A stretch of 61,654 nt of DNA. Source: Sporichthya sp. (GTDB taxonomy: Bacteria > Actinomycetota > Actinomycetes > Sporichthyales > Sporichthyaceae). The position numbers and the translations under genes were made by a program. The number at the start of each line of letters is the position of its first letter. Positions within the stretch are counted from its first letter, which is position 1. Location: NCBI RefSeq assembly GCF_013815995.1, contig NZ_JACDFE010000001.1:1-61654 (forward strand). The letters run 5' to 3'. Under the pieces are notes generated by a model that had not been told where the DNA came from, did no database searches, and was given only the letters and a program-made list of their open reading frames with translations. This document shows, one piece after another, positions 35,736-45,526 of the stretch.

Positions 35736-37139
35736 TCAGCGACCGACGAACCGCTCGACGTTCTTCTGGAAGTGGCGGCAGATGTTCTCCTGATACTCGG
35801 AGTACATGAGCTGCTCGAACCGCCGGTTCCGGAGGCCCATCGTCTGCCCGACCATGTTGGGGATGTCCTGGTCGAGGATCGGCGCGAGCGCGCCGAGCTG
35901 GTCCGCCGCCATCTGCCAGGGCTCGTCCGCTTGGAGCAGCGTCATCGGCACGTCCGGCGGCAGTTCATCGGTGTCACCGAAGTCCTGGAGGTACATGACC
36001 TCGAAGAGCGACCATTCCGGATGCAGGTCGGCGCGGGGCCGGGAACGGTAGACGAGGGGAAAGCCCTCCCCGAGCCACGGGCACAGGTTCGGGAACAGGA
36101 AGTACAGGACGCCGTCCAGCATCTCCGTGTCGCTGCGCTGGCTGTAGTCGCGTCCAGTTCGAGCGGATAGCTTCTTGCGGGCGAAGTCGGCCATGATCTC
36201 GCGCGCCGGCTTGCCCGCGGCGAGGCCTTCCTCGATGTCCTCCTCGGCGCCGCCCTTGAGGCCGGCCACCATCTTCCCGTGCATCTGGGATTCGATGATC
36301 ATCCGGGCGTCGACGGGGCGGTCGACGTGCGGGCTCGGCACCGCGATGGGCGCGATGAAGCGGCTGTGCCAGTCGAAGAGGTCGTACTGTGTCGAGCAGT
36401 CCCCCGCGTGCAGCATGACCTGAGGGTGCGTGGCGTAGGGGTGGTAGGACTCGATGAAGGCGTTCAGCCCGTTCTTCCAATTGGTGTTGACCCACTTGCC
36501 GACGTGGCCCGTCTTCACCCGGTTCCTGAGCGGGAACTTGTCGAAGTGCTCCAGGACCGGCTCACCGATGAACTCGTCCAGCGGAATGGCCGCGTCGTCG
36601 AAGTTGACGAAGACGAAACCCTGCCAGGTATCGACGCGGACCGGGGACAATGTGTGCGTCTTGTCGCCGAGGACCGGGAAGTCCCAACGGCACGGGACAT
36701 CGACCAGGGTGCCGTCGATGTCGTACTCCCACTTGTGGAACCGGCACACGAATGACTGTGTGTTCCCCATGCCCTGTCGCAGCTGAGTTCCGCGGTGGAT
36801 GCATGCGTTCGCGTGCGCCTTGATCTCCCCGTTGCGCTGTCGCACGACCAAAACGCTCTGGTCCCCGATCGTGTACTCCTGATAGTCGCCGGGATTCGGT
36901 ATCTCGCGCTCGCGGCAGGCGACCTGCCACACCTTCATCCAGAGGCGGTCCATCTCGAGCTGGGCATACTCCGCCGAGACGTACGGTTCCTTCGGCACGG
37001 GCGCGCTGCCGATGTCCCGGCGGAACGAGCGCTCAGTGAAGATCTCCGGCACCGGCCTGGTGTCCGCCTTGAGGTAGTCGGCCATCGTCGGCATGACCTG
37101 CGGATCCTCTGACGTACGGCCGAGATGTTGGATCGTCAC
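35736..37139 (-). CDS. Rieske non-heme iron oxygenase alpha subunit (start uncertain, 37094-37157)
   Basis: CIHRG...CRFH Rieske ligands; ESYHPYATH and DQD mononuclear iron site. Confidence 0.93.
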   Translation of the reverse strand: MTIQHLGRTSEDPQVMPTMADYLKADTRPVPEIFTERSFRRDIGSAPVPKEPYVSAEYAQLEMDRLWMKVWQVACREREIPNPGDYQEYTIGDQSVLVVRQRNGEIKAHANACIHRGTQLRQGMGNTQSFVCRFHKWEYDIDGTLVDVPCRWDFPVLGDKTHTLSPVRVDTWQGFVFVNFDDAAIPLDEFIGEPVLEHFDKFPLRNRVKTGHVGKWVNTNWKNGLNAFIESYHPYATHPQVMLHAGDCSTQYDLFDWHSRFIAPIAVPSPHVDRPVDARMIIESQMHGKMVAGLKGGAEEDIEEGLAAGKPAREIMADFARKKLSARTGRDYSQRSDTEMLDGVLYFLFPNLCPWLGEGFPLVYRSRPRADLHPEWSLFEVMYLQDFGDTDELPPDVPMTLLQADEPWQMAADQLGALAPILDQDIPNMVGQTMGLRNRRFEQLMYSEYQENICRHFQKNVERFVGR

Positions 37140-37246
37140 ACTGATGCCCTTCTGCACGACTTGCCATGAGAACTGACGCGAACGTCATCACGGTGCGAAA
37201 CGGTGGGATGACCACCATCGACGCTAACGGCAACGTCCGTTGATGG

Positions 37247-37267
37247 CAAGAGACACTATGACGCTAG
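37247..37267. promoter_or_regulatory. Putative TetR operator, copy 2
   Basis: CAAGAGACA-CTA-TGACGCTAG. Confidence 0.6.
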
Positions 37268-37379
37268 TGACCCTTAAGCCCGACCGCGACCCAGCGTCGA
37301 CAATGCCGCCCACACTGGCCATTTCGTGCCGCCGAAGTACTTCAGCCCCGACGTGAGCTAGGTCGATCCCAGAAGTCGT

Positions 37380-37400
37380 GCAGAGACAGCACGTCTCTAG
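37380..37400. promoter_or_regulatory. Putative TetR operator, copy 3 (autoregulatory position)
   Basis: GCAGAGACA-GCA-CGTCTCTAG, 23 nt before the TetR start. Confidence 0.62.
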
Positions 37401-37423
37401 CCCATCGTTGCTAGCTTGTCGCT

Positions 37424-38071
37424 GTGAAGAACTCCGCCGTGCTCCGCCGGCCGTCGGCCGAGGTGCGTCAGCTCATCGTGGACGCGGCGGCCGAGGTCTT
37501 CGCCGAGCACGGGTACGGCAAGACCATGACCACTCAGATCGCGGAGCGCGCCGGCGTGCACCGGTCTGTGGTCTACCGGCACTTCGCGACCAAGGAGGAA
37601 CTGTTCCGCGTCGCGCTGGCGCAGCCGTTCGTCGAGTTCCTCGCGGACTTCGCCACGGCCTGGCAGGAGCAGCAGGAGGCACCCTGGCCGGACGAACTCC
37701 TGCTCCGGGAGTTCCTCGCTGACTTCTACGACAGCTTCGTTCGGCACGGGTCCGCGCTGCGCATCCTGCTCGCGAACGAGACCGGGCTGGCCGAGGGCAA
37801 CGGGCAACTCACCTCGGGCGTCCAGCAGGTACTGGCGCAGCTCACGCAGATGCTCACCGAAGGTATGCGCCAGCGGGGTCACCCGACGCACCGGGTGGAC
37901 CTCACCATGCGTTTCATCATCTACATCATCATGGGGTTCACGCTGTTCGACGAGCAGATCGCGCCCGAAGCAAGCAAGACATCGCGCGACGCGATGATCG
38001 CCCACCTCACGGCCTTCGTTCTCTACGGTGTGCGGCTGGGCCCCGAGCCGGCCACCCGAACCGCTCGCTAG
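37424..38071 (+). CDS. TetR/AcrR-family regulator
   Basis: IVDAAAEVFAEHGY...IAERAGVHRSVVYRHFATKEELF. Confidence 0.93.
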   Translation: MKNSAVLRRPSAEVRQLIVDAAAEVFAEHGYGKTMTTQIAERAGVHRSVVYRHFATKEELFRVALAQPFVEFLADFATAWQEQQEAPWPDELLLREFLADFYDSFVRHGSALRILLANETGLAEGNGQLTSGVQQVLAQLTQMLTEGMRQRGHPTHRVDLTMRFIIYIIMGFTLFDEQIAPEASKTSRDAMIAHLTAFVLYGVRLGPEPATRTAR

Positions 38072-38127
38072 AAAGATCATCGTGCGGTCCACATCTGGTG
38101 AGTCGCCACCGTCAGGGATGCCGCGCG

Positions 38128-38898
38128 TCAGCGCTCGATGCGGCCGAACGGTAGGGGCTGGCGCAATACCTGGCTCAAGTGCGCCTCGATGGCAGCGCGG
38201 TGCTCGGCCATCGCCTCGTGATACGCGTCCTGGTCTCCGCCTGCAAGTGCCGCACGGATGATCTTGTGCTCCCGGATTACCCGCTGGCGGTTCGTTGGGT
38301 CGAAGAGGTACGTGGAGTGGTAGGGCGCTGCGAGGTCCCACATCCGGCCGACCACCTCGACCATCAGGCTGAGGCCCGACATCTGGAAGATCTCGAAATG
38401 GAACTCTCGGTTGAGCCGGACCATGTCCACAATCTGCATGTCCTCGGCGGCCCGGACCATCTGGCGGCTGAGCGAGGCCAGCCGCGCGGCGGCGGCCTTG
38501 TCGAGGTCGGGCAGCGGAGTGGTCATCTCCTCCTCGATCAGACGCCGCAGGCGGTAGAGCTGGCGGAAGTCGCTCTCATTGAGCCGGGCGACGGAGAACC
38601 CGAGGTTCATCGTGTACTCGAGCAGGCCGTTGGCCGCGAGCGTCTTGAGTGCCTCCCGCACCGGGATCCGGCTCACGCCCAACTGCTCGGCGAGGGCGTC
38701 CTGCCGGATCTTCTCGCCAGGCACCAGGTGGCCGCGCAGAATCGCGTGTCGCAGCTCATCGGCGACCGCCGCGACCGTGTCCACCGTGCGGCCGCGCTTG
38801 GGAGCCGGCAACTTCAGCCTCTCGGAAGCCGGGCCGTCCGTGCGGTTCGCCTTCGCCTTCGCCTTCGTGCGAGCGCGCGGGCTCGTAGCGTCTTCCAT
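38128..38898 (-). CDS. GntR-family regulator (FCD domain)
   Basis: ILRGHLVPGEKI...LAEQLGVSRIPVREAL; NREFH and EHKII motifs. Confidence 0.92.
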   Translation of the reverse strand: MEDATSPRARTKAKAKANRTDGPASERLKLPAPKRGRTVDTVAAVADELRHAILRGHLVPGEKIRQDALAEQLGVSRIPVREALKTLAANGLLEYTMNLGFSVARLNESDFRQLYRLRRLIEEEMTTPLPDLDKAAAARLASLSRQMVRAAEDMQIVDMVRLNREFHFEIFQMSGLSLMVEVVGRMWDLAAPYHSTYLFDPTNRQRVIREHKIIRAALAGGDQDAYHEAMAEHRAAIEAHLSQVLRQPLPFGRIER

Positions 38899-39048
38899 TG
38901 CGGCCGCCACCAGACGCCTCCTCCATACAGGTCCCCAGGTTAGCGGGGCGGTTGACGGAATCCCGTCATGCCGCCTCCGGCACGGCGACCCGTACAACTG
39001 GGCCCGCCCTCCGGACGGTCTGTGCAGATCCCTACTGCCTCTGTACGC

Positions 39049-39068
39049 AAAAGTGTATTAGTGTTTCC
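39049..39068 (+). promoter_or_regulatory. Putative GntR-type operator between gntR and the ALDH gene
   Basis: AAAAGTGTATTAGTGTTTCC resembles AAAGTGTATACTAGTTTCC. Confidence 0.5.
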
Positions 39069-39160
39069 TTGTCCCTGGCGCCAGTCGGGCTGGCTCCGTC
39101 GATCGCGCTGGCGACCCGGCGAGCACCGAAGCGGCAACGGACTGACGAGAAGGCAGGCGC

Positions 39161-40630
39161 ATGCGTAGCTACGACACCCTCTACATTGGAGGCTCGTGGA
39201 CGCCGTCCTCCGACGACGCCCGGATCGAAGTCATCAGCCCGCACACCGAACGGGTGATCGCGACCGTGCCAGACTGCACTCCCGCCGACATGGACCGAGC
39301 GGTCGCGGCGGCGCGAGCGGCAGCGGACCGTTCGGGCTGGCCGACGACGAGCGTGGCCGAGCGACTCGCCCTGCTCGAGCGGCTGGCGGTGGTGTACGAA
39401 CAGCGCCTTCCCGAGATGGCCGAGGTGGTCTCCGCCGAGATGGGGTCACCGATCAGCTTCTCGCAGGTCGGGCAGGCGGGCGCCGCGCTGGTGATCCTCC
39501 GGGCGATGATCGCAGTGGGTCGGTCGTTCGAGGTCACCGAACAGCGATCCGGCATGCTCAACCCGACGGTGACGATTCGGCGCGAGCCGGTGGGCGTCGT
39601 CGGCGCGATCGTGCCGTGGAATGTTCCACAGATCGTCACCATGGCCAAGCTCGCACCCGCGCTCGTCGCGGGGTGCACGGTCGTGCTCAAGTGCGCACCG
39701 GAGTCCCCCCTCGACGCCTTTCTGCTGTTCGAGATGCTCGACGAGGTCGGCTTTCCCCCGGGCGTCGTCAACCTTGTCCCCGGCGGGCGCGAGGTAGGTG
39801 CCCACCTCGTCCGGCACCCAGACGTCGACAAGATCGCCTTCACCGGCTCGACCGCGGCAGGACGGGCCATCGCCGCCGTCTGCGGCGAGACCCTCAAGCG
39901 GTGCAGTCTGGAGCTCGGGGGCAAGTCCGCGGCGGTCGTGCTCGACGACGCCGACATGAGCTCGCTGCCGGTGGGGCTGAAGTTCGCCTCGATGATCAAC
40001 AGCGGCCAGGCCTGCACCAACCAGACCCGGATATTCGCGAGCCGCAAGCGGTACGCCGAGGTGGTCGAGGCGGTGGTCACCATGCTCAACACCATGAAGG
40101 TGGGCGACCCGTCGGACCCCGCGACCGAGATCGGCCCGATGGTCAGCGAGCGCCAACAGCAACGGGTGGAGAAGTACATCGCACTCGGCCAGGAGGAGGG
40201 AGCCAAGCTCGCCTTCGGCGGCACCGGCCGACCGCCGGGCCTGTCGACCGGCTGGTACGTGCGCCCGACGGTCTTCGCGGATGCGACGAACGAGATGCGG
40301 ATCTCGCAGGAGGAGATCTTCGGCCCGGTCCTGTCGGTGATTCCCTACGCCGATGAGGAGGAGGCGATCGCCCTCGCGAACGCCAGTGAGTACGGCCTGG
40401 CGGCCTCGGTGTGGACGTCGGACACAGCGCACGGCGCGGAGGTGGCGGCGCGCCTGCGATCGGGCACCGTCGGTATCAACAATTACAGCGCCGAGTTCCT
40501 CGCGCCGTTCGGCGGATACAAGTGCTCAGGCATCGGGCGGGAATTCGGACGCGAGGGTCTCGAGGAGTACGTCGAGTTGAAGACCGTGTTCCCCTCCCCG
40601 CCCGAGCTGAGCGCCAGCCCGTTCAGGTGA
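39161..40630 (+). CDS. Aldehyde dehydrogenase
   Basis: PWN, FTGST, LELGGKS, SGQAC and EEIFGPV motifs. Confidence 0.95.
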   Translation: MRSYDTLYIGGSWTPSSDDARIEVISPHTERVIATVPDCTPADMDRAVAAARAAADRSGWPTTSVAERLALLERLAVVYEQRLPEMAEVVSAEMGSPISFSQVGQAGAALVILRAMIAVGRSFEVTEQRSGMLNPTVTIRREPVGVVGAIVPWNVPQIVTMAKLAPALVAGCTVVLKCAPESPLDAFLLFEMLDEVGFPPGVVNLVPGGREVGAHLVRHPDVDKIAFTGSTAAGRAIAAVCGETLKRCSLELGGKSAAVVLDDADMSSLPVGLKFASMINSGQACTNQTRIFASRKRYAEVVEAVVTMLNTMKVGDPSDPATEIGPMVSERQQQRVEKYIALGQEEGAKLAFGGTGRPPGLSTGWYVRPTVFADATNEMRISQEEIFGPVLSVIPYADEEEAIALANASEYGLAASVWTSDTAHGAEVAARLRSGTVGINNYSAEFLAPFGGYKCSGIGREFGREGLEEYVELKTVFPSPPELSASPFR

Positions 40631-40745
40631 CGGCCGCACGTCGGACGCGGATGCCACCGCTCGTTCGTTTTCCGGGGTCGTTGCTGAGTCGTCCTCCACA
40701 CTGTATAAAGATTTGCATGGTGCCAGCTCGGAAAGGGAGTCGATC

Positions 40746-41585
40746 GTGATCGCTATTGAGCGCTTTCCGGCCCCCGTCGACACACCGATGAACCACGACT
40801 ACGAGATCGCCACCATGTGGGTCACCGGCGTGCTCGCCGCGACCGTGGTCGTCGCGGCGATCGTCTGGGCAGTGCGCCAGCGCTCGCTTCTCATTCCGGC
40901 GATCCTCGCTGGCGGCGCCGTCTGCACGCTCAACGAGCCCATCGCCGACGCCCCGGCGCGCATCTACCACTTCGGCCCCGGCTCGCACCATCTGTACACG
41001 ATGCTCGACCGGCCGATGCCGGTCTGGATCTTCTTCGCGTACATCCTCTTCTACGGCGCGCTGCCGGCCATGATCGTCCTGCTGCTCAAGCGTGGGGCGT
41101 CCTACCGTCAGGTCTGGGCGGGAATCGGCATCGTGTTCATCTCTAACATGCTGATCGAGATCCCACTGACCGGCCCGGACAAGATGTACGACTACTACGG
41201 CTACCAGCCGTTCTCGATCGGCAACTGGTCGACGATGCAATTGGTCAACAACGGGACCGCGATCCTGCTGGCGGCCGGACTGATCGCGTGCCTGCCGCAG
41301 GCGTTCGCCGGCTGGCGCGCGCTGCTGGCCGTCCCGCTGATGCCGGTGGCCCAGGTCGTCGGGCTGGCCGCCGGCACGCCCGGCTACTGGGTCCTGAACT
41401 CGGACGTCAACCACCTCACGATGTGGATCGGCGTCGGCGCGGCCCTCGTACTGGGCGCCTTCGTGATGGACCAGGAGATCCGCGTGATGACCCGGGGCGC
41501 GACCGGAAACGTACGGTCCCGCGTCGGCGCCCCGACCACGGAGTCCCGCCACCGGGCCACCCTCGAGACCGTCGGGGCCTCCTGA
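40746..41585 (+). CDS. Multi-pass membrane protein with intramembrane acidic/aromatic residues
   Basis: About 7 TM segments; NEPIAD, P-x-W...Y...FY and IEI...YDYYGYQP; GTG after AAGGGAG (ATG 40788 is an alternative start). Confidence 0.75.
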   Translation: MIAIERFPAPVDTPMNHDYEIATMWVTGVLAATVVVAAIVWAVRQRSLLIPAILAGGAVCTLNEPIADAPARIYHFGPGSHHLYTMLDRPMPVWIFFAYILFYGALPAMIVLLLKRGASYRQVWAGIGIVFISNMLIEIPLTGPDKMYDYYGYQPFSIGNWSTMQLVNNGTAILLAAGLIACLPQAFAGWRALLAVPLMPVAQVVGLAAGTPGYWVLNSDVNHLTMWIGVGAALVLGAFVMDQEIRVMTRGATGNVRSRVGAPTTESRHRATLETVGAS

Positions 41586-41702
41586 GTAGAGCTGACCGCG
41601 GCGGGCGCAGCTCGCCTAGACTCCTCGGCGCGATTTCGTATACATTTTATCCATACACATGCCGCTGGGAGGTCTCCCTCCGACAGGAAGGAGTCAGGTC
41701 TG

Positions 41703-42506
41703 ATGGACCTGCAGATGGCCGCTGGACTCGAAGTCGACAAGGTCTCGGTGCGTTACGGCGGACTGCTCGCTGTGGACGAAATCAGCCTGCAGGCGCCACT
41801 CAGCCGGATCACCGGTCTCATCGGCCCCAACGGGGCCGGCAAGACCACGACCTTCAACGCCTGCTCGGGCCTGGTACGGCCCACCTCAGGTCACGTCCGG
41901 CTGTTCGGCGAGGACGTCACACACGTGCCGCCGCAGAAACGCGCCCAGCGCGGCCTCGGCCGGACCTTCCAACGTATGGAATTGTTCGACTCCCTGCCGG
42001 TGCGGGAGAACGTGGCCTTGGGGCGCGAGTCCGGATTCGCGGCGAGCCGACCGTGGCAGCACCTGCGTTCTTCGCGCGCCCAGCGCACCCTGGTGGCGGC
42101 GGCAGCCCAGGAGTCGATGGAGCTCTGCGGCATCACCGATCTGGCGCAGCGCCGTCCGCGGGACCTGTCCACCGGTCAGCGCCGCCTCGTCGAGCTCGCC
42201 CGGTGCATCGCGGGCGGTTTCAAGGTGATGCTGTTGGACGAACCGAGCAGCGGCCTCGACCGGACGGAGACCCAACGGTTCGGCGAGATCCTGCGGCTGC
42301 TCGTGGAGCGCCGTCGGGTCGGGATCCTGATCGTCGAGCACGACATGGCACTGGTCATGGGCGTGTGCGACTACGTGCACGTGCTCGACTTCGGCAAACC
42401 GATCTTCGAGGGCACCACGCGGGAGATCGCTGCCAGCGACATAGTGCGCGCCGCGTACCTGGGCAGCGAGGCGGTCGAGGCCGCGGTTCCGGGGGGATAC
42501 ACCTGA
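41703..42506 (+). CDS. ABC ATP-binding protein (LivG-like)
   Basis: GPNGAGKTT, GRTFQ, LLDEPSSG and VEHDM motifs. Confidence 0.93.
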   Translation: MDLQMAAGLEVDKVSVRYGGLLAVDEISLQAPLSRITGLIGPNGAGKTTTFNACSGLVRPTSGHVRLFGEDVTHVPPQKRAQRGLGRTFQRMELFDSLPVRENVALGRESGFAASRPWQHLRSSRAQRTLVAAAAQESMELCGITDLAQRRPRDLSTGQRRLVELARCIAGGFKVMLLDEPSSGLDRTETQRFGEILRLLVERRRVGILIVEHDMALVMGVCDYVHVLDFGKPIFEGTTREIAASDIVRAAYLGSEAVEAAVPGGYT

Positions 42507-43207
42507 TGCTCGCGCTTGAGGCCGTCTACGCCGGCTACGGCGGAAGCACCGTGCTGCGCGGGGTGGACCTGGCTGTCCCGGACGGGAGCCTGGTCGCGTT
42601 GCTCGGGGCGAACGGCGCTGGGAAGACCACCTTGCTGCGCGTCGCGGCCGGTGCTTTGCACCCGACGTCGGGACGACTGACCCTCGACGGCGAGGACGTG
42701 AGCCGGCTCGCCCCGAACGCCCTGGTCAGTCGCGGCGTGTGCCCGATCCCCGAGGGCCGCGGCATCTTTCCCAACCTCACCGTGCGGGAGAACCTTTCCC
42801 TGCAGGCCCTGGACGGCAACGACAAGCAGGCCCTCGAGCGCGCCGTGAGTGCGTTCCCCCGCCTCGGCGAGAGACTGAGCCAGATGGCCGGGACGATGTC
42901 CGGCGGCGAACAGCAGATGCTCGCCCTGGCGCGCACCTACGTGCAGTCCCCGCGGATCGTTCTGCTCGACGAGGTGTCGATGGGACTCGCACCGAAGGTC
43001 GTGGACGAGATTTTCGAGTTCCTCGATCTGCTCCGCCGTCAGGGCGCCGCCATGCTGCTCGTCGAGCAGTACGTGACCCGGGCGCTCGAGGTCGCTGACT
43101 TCGTCTACCTGCTCAACCGCGGGGAGATCGCGTTCGCGGGCGAACCGTCCGAACTCAAGGACACCGACGTGTTCAGCCAGTACGTGGGCGCGGACCTCGG
43201 GCACTGA
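42506..43207 (+). CDS. ABC ATP-binding protein (LivF-like)
   Basis: GANGAGKTT, PEGRGIF, MSGGEQQM and VEQ motifs; TGATG coupling. Confidence 0.93.
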   Translation: MLALEAVYAGYGGSTVLRGVDLAVPDGSLVALLGANGAGKTTLLRVAAGALHPTSGRLTLDGEDVSRLAPNALVSRGVCPIPEGRGIFPNLTVRENLSLQALDGNDKQALERAVSAFPRLGERLSQMAGTMSGGEQQMLALARTYVQSPRIVLLDEVSMGLAPKVVDEIFEFLDLLRRQGAAMLLVEQYVTRALEVADFVYLLNRGEIAFAGEPSELKDTDVFSQYVGADLGH

Positions 43208-43398
43208 GCAGCCGCCTCAACCCGGCGCGGAACCAGCCCGGACGACGTGGACGGCGATCGAACGGGCGCCGGAGTCGTACCCAACCCTTGGCACCCGCGA
43301 AAGGCGACCATCGCGTACCTCGATGCCTTCAAGTGGACGTCTACCGAGTCGCAGACGTCGACCCGGATGATCATGGCTTCTCCCTCGAGATGTCTAGC

Positions 43399-43854
43399 TC
43401 ACCGACCACGAGCGGCCACAGCCCGTCCGGACCCGCCTGCAGCACTCCAGCGGCCACCACCGCATCCCAGTGCTTCTCGCTGCCGAACTCGTCGCGCCAC
43501 GACCAAGAGTCTGGTCGTCGTGCACCGCAGCTCGTGCTCCAGCGTGAAACCCATGGCGCCGTCCACTTGATGCGCGAGGCGGGCGATGCGCCCGGCGGCT
43601 GCGGCGGACCCGGGGGCCCTGGCGACGGCAACCGGCAACGTCGAGCCGCGCCCAAACCCCGTGGCCACGACGACCTCGACCGCGCGCTCGACGGCGGCCG
43701 CCGCCGAGGCTGCCTCACCCTTTGCCTCCGCGACCAAGTGCTGCACCGCCTGGAATCGCGCGAGCGGTCGCCCGAACTGCTCACGGTCCTGAACGTGCCG
43801 GATAGCCAGGTCTACCGCGTGCTGCCCACAGGCCGCGAGGCCCACGTCTCTCAC
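43399..43854 (-). pseudogene. Acyl-CoA dehydrogenase C-terminal fragment
   Basis: REQFGRPLARFQAVQHLVA...AHQVDGAMGFTLEHEL; N-terminal domains are missing. Confidence 0.7.
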
Positions 43855-43884
43855 CCCCCCGCAGGGTCCGCCTCCGGTCGGCGA

Positions 43885-44346
43885 CTAGCCTTCCCGGCAC
43901 TTGTACAGCTTGTTCGCCGTCATCGTGTGCACGATCTCGCCGCGCTGGTTGATGATTCGGCGGTCGAAGGTGATGACGCCGCGGCCGGGCTTGCTGGTGA
44001 GCCGCTTCGCGGTGACCTCCTCCTCCATGAAAATCGTGTCGCCGTGCTTGACGGTCTTGAGCATCCGCCAGTTGTCGATACCCAGCAGGGCGAGCAGCGT
44101 CCCCTCGCTGTTTCCGGTCGCGTACGACAGGCCGCCGCAGATCGCGTAGACGAGGGGGCCATGGGCGATCGGCTCCCCGTGCTCGGTGTTCTTGACGAAC
44201 TCGTGGTTGCTGTGGACCTCGTTGAAGTCCCCGGTCAAGCAGGCGAAGTTGACGATGTCTGTCGCTGTGACGGTGCGCTGACCCGTCGGGTAGACGTCGC
44301 CGACGTTCATGTCCTCGTAGTACTTTCCGCGCGGCTCGCGTGCCAT
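43885..44346 (-). CDS. MaoC-like dehydratase
   Basis: DIVNFACLTGDFNEVH...IAHG. Confidence 0.9.
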   Translation of the reverse strand: MAREPRGKYYEDMNVGDVYPTGQRTVTATDIVNFACLTGDFNEVHSNHEFVKNTEHGEPIAHGPLVYAICGGLSYATGNSEGTLLALLGIDNWRMLKTVKHGDTIFMEEEVTAKRLTSKPGRGVITFDRRIINQRGEIVHTMTANKLYKCREG

Positions 44347-44362
44347 GGGGCGCTACTTCTCT

Positions 44363-45526
44363 CTACTCGGTGTTGGAGACGACAACGGTGCAATGGGCCG
44401 AAAGGATGCCGCCCTCGACGTGGGCGAGCGCCACCTGTGCGCCCTCGACCTGGCGCTCGCCGCATTCACCCCGGACCTGCAGGGCGGCCTCGGTGATGTC
44501 GAACAAGCCGCCGGCCCCGCCCGCATGCGCGTGAGACAACATCCCGCCGTGGGTGTTGACCGGGAGCTGTCCCCCGAGGCGCGCGTGCCCGCCGAGGAAG
44601 AAGTCGCCGCCCTCACCGGGCTTGACGAAGCCGAGTTCTTCCAGCTCCATGATCGGCACAATGCTGAAGCAGTCGTAGAGCGAGGCGTAATCGATGTCCT
44701 CGGGCCCGACGCCGGCCATCGCGTAGGCGATCTCGCTGGAGCGGCCCGCGCCCGTCTCGGTGAGGTTCCGCGCCATGCTGACGTGCTCGTGGGTGTGCAT
44801 CTCGCCGATGCCCCGGACGTAGACGGGCGCCGACCGCAGGTCCTTCGCCCGCTCCGCCGAGGTCACGATCATCGCCCCGCCGGCGTCGGAGATCAGGCAG
44901 CAGTTCAGCATCCGGAACGGGTCGGAGATCATTCGCGAGTTCAGCACGTCCTCGACCGTGATGAGTTCGCGCATCTGGGCGGACGGGTTCAGGCTCGCGT
45001 GATACCGCGTGTTCACGGAGACGGCCGCGAGATGCTCGTACGTGGTGCCGTACTCGTGCATGTGACGGCGCGCCACCAGACCGTAGAGCCCGGGCATCGG
45101 GGCGCCGTAAGGATGCTCGTAGTACGGGTGGCCGATCTTGGAGATCGCGGCGATCGCGTCGTCCGAGGTCTGGCCCGTCCGGCGGTTCTCCCCCATCACG
45201 ATGAGTACGTTCGTGGCGGCGCCGGTGACGATCGCGTGCATCGCGTGGTGGAGCATGAAGCCGGCCGACCCGCCGCCCACCATGATCGAGGCGGAGTAGG
45301 TGGGCTGCAGGCCGAGGTACTCGCACATGACGCTGCTGAGCATCAGGTACGGCTCGGTGAAGGTGTAGCCGGCCAGCACTCCGTCGATGTCGGCGGGGGT
45401 GAGTCCGGCATCGTCGAGTGCGGCCTTGGCGGCGTCCGCCGCGAGGGCCATACCGGTCCGGTCGGGCACCTTGCCGATGCGGGATTGCCCGACCCCGACG
45501 ATCGCACATTTGTTACGCAGGCTCAC
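44363..45526 (-). CDS. Thiolase-like protein lacking the N-terminal catalytic Cys (Ltp2/SCP2-like)
   Basis: AIVGVG, MVGGGSAG in place of the Cys motif, CCLISD, YDCF and NTHGGMLSHAH. Confidence 0.88.
   Translation of the reverse strand: MSLRNKCAIVGVGQSRIGKVPDRTGMALAADAAKAALDDAGLTPADIDGVLAGYTFTEPYLMLSSVMCEYLGLQPTYSASIMVGGGSAGFMLHHAMHAIVTGAATNVLIVMGENRRTGQTSDDAIAAISKIGHPYYEHPYGAPMPGLYGLVARRHMHEYGTTYEHLAAVSVNTRYHASLNPSAQMRELITVEDVLNSRMISDPFRMLNCCLISDAGGAMIVTSAERAKDLRSAPVYVRGIGEMHTHEHVSMARNLTETGAGRSSEIAYAMAGVGPEDIDYASLYDCFSIVPIMELEELGFVKPGEGGDFFLGGHARLGGQLPVNTHGGMLSHAHAGGAGGLFDITEAALQVRGECGERQVEGAQVALAHVEGGILSAHCTVVVSNTE

Noticed and set aside
41288-43207. Apparent long fusion ORFs (also 56017-57849, 32654-34231, 14332-15570)
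   Set aside because: The N-terminal extensions are off-frame or antisense read-through of neighbouring genes; the real starts have RBS or coupling evidence further downstream.
43105-43374. ORF MIIRVDVCD… with a good RBS
   Set aside because: It degenerates after a few codons and overlaps the ATPase antisense; probably a deletion scar.
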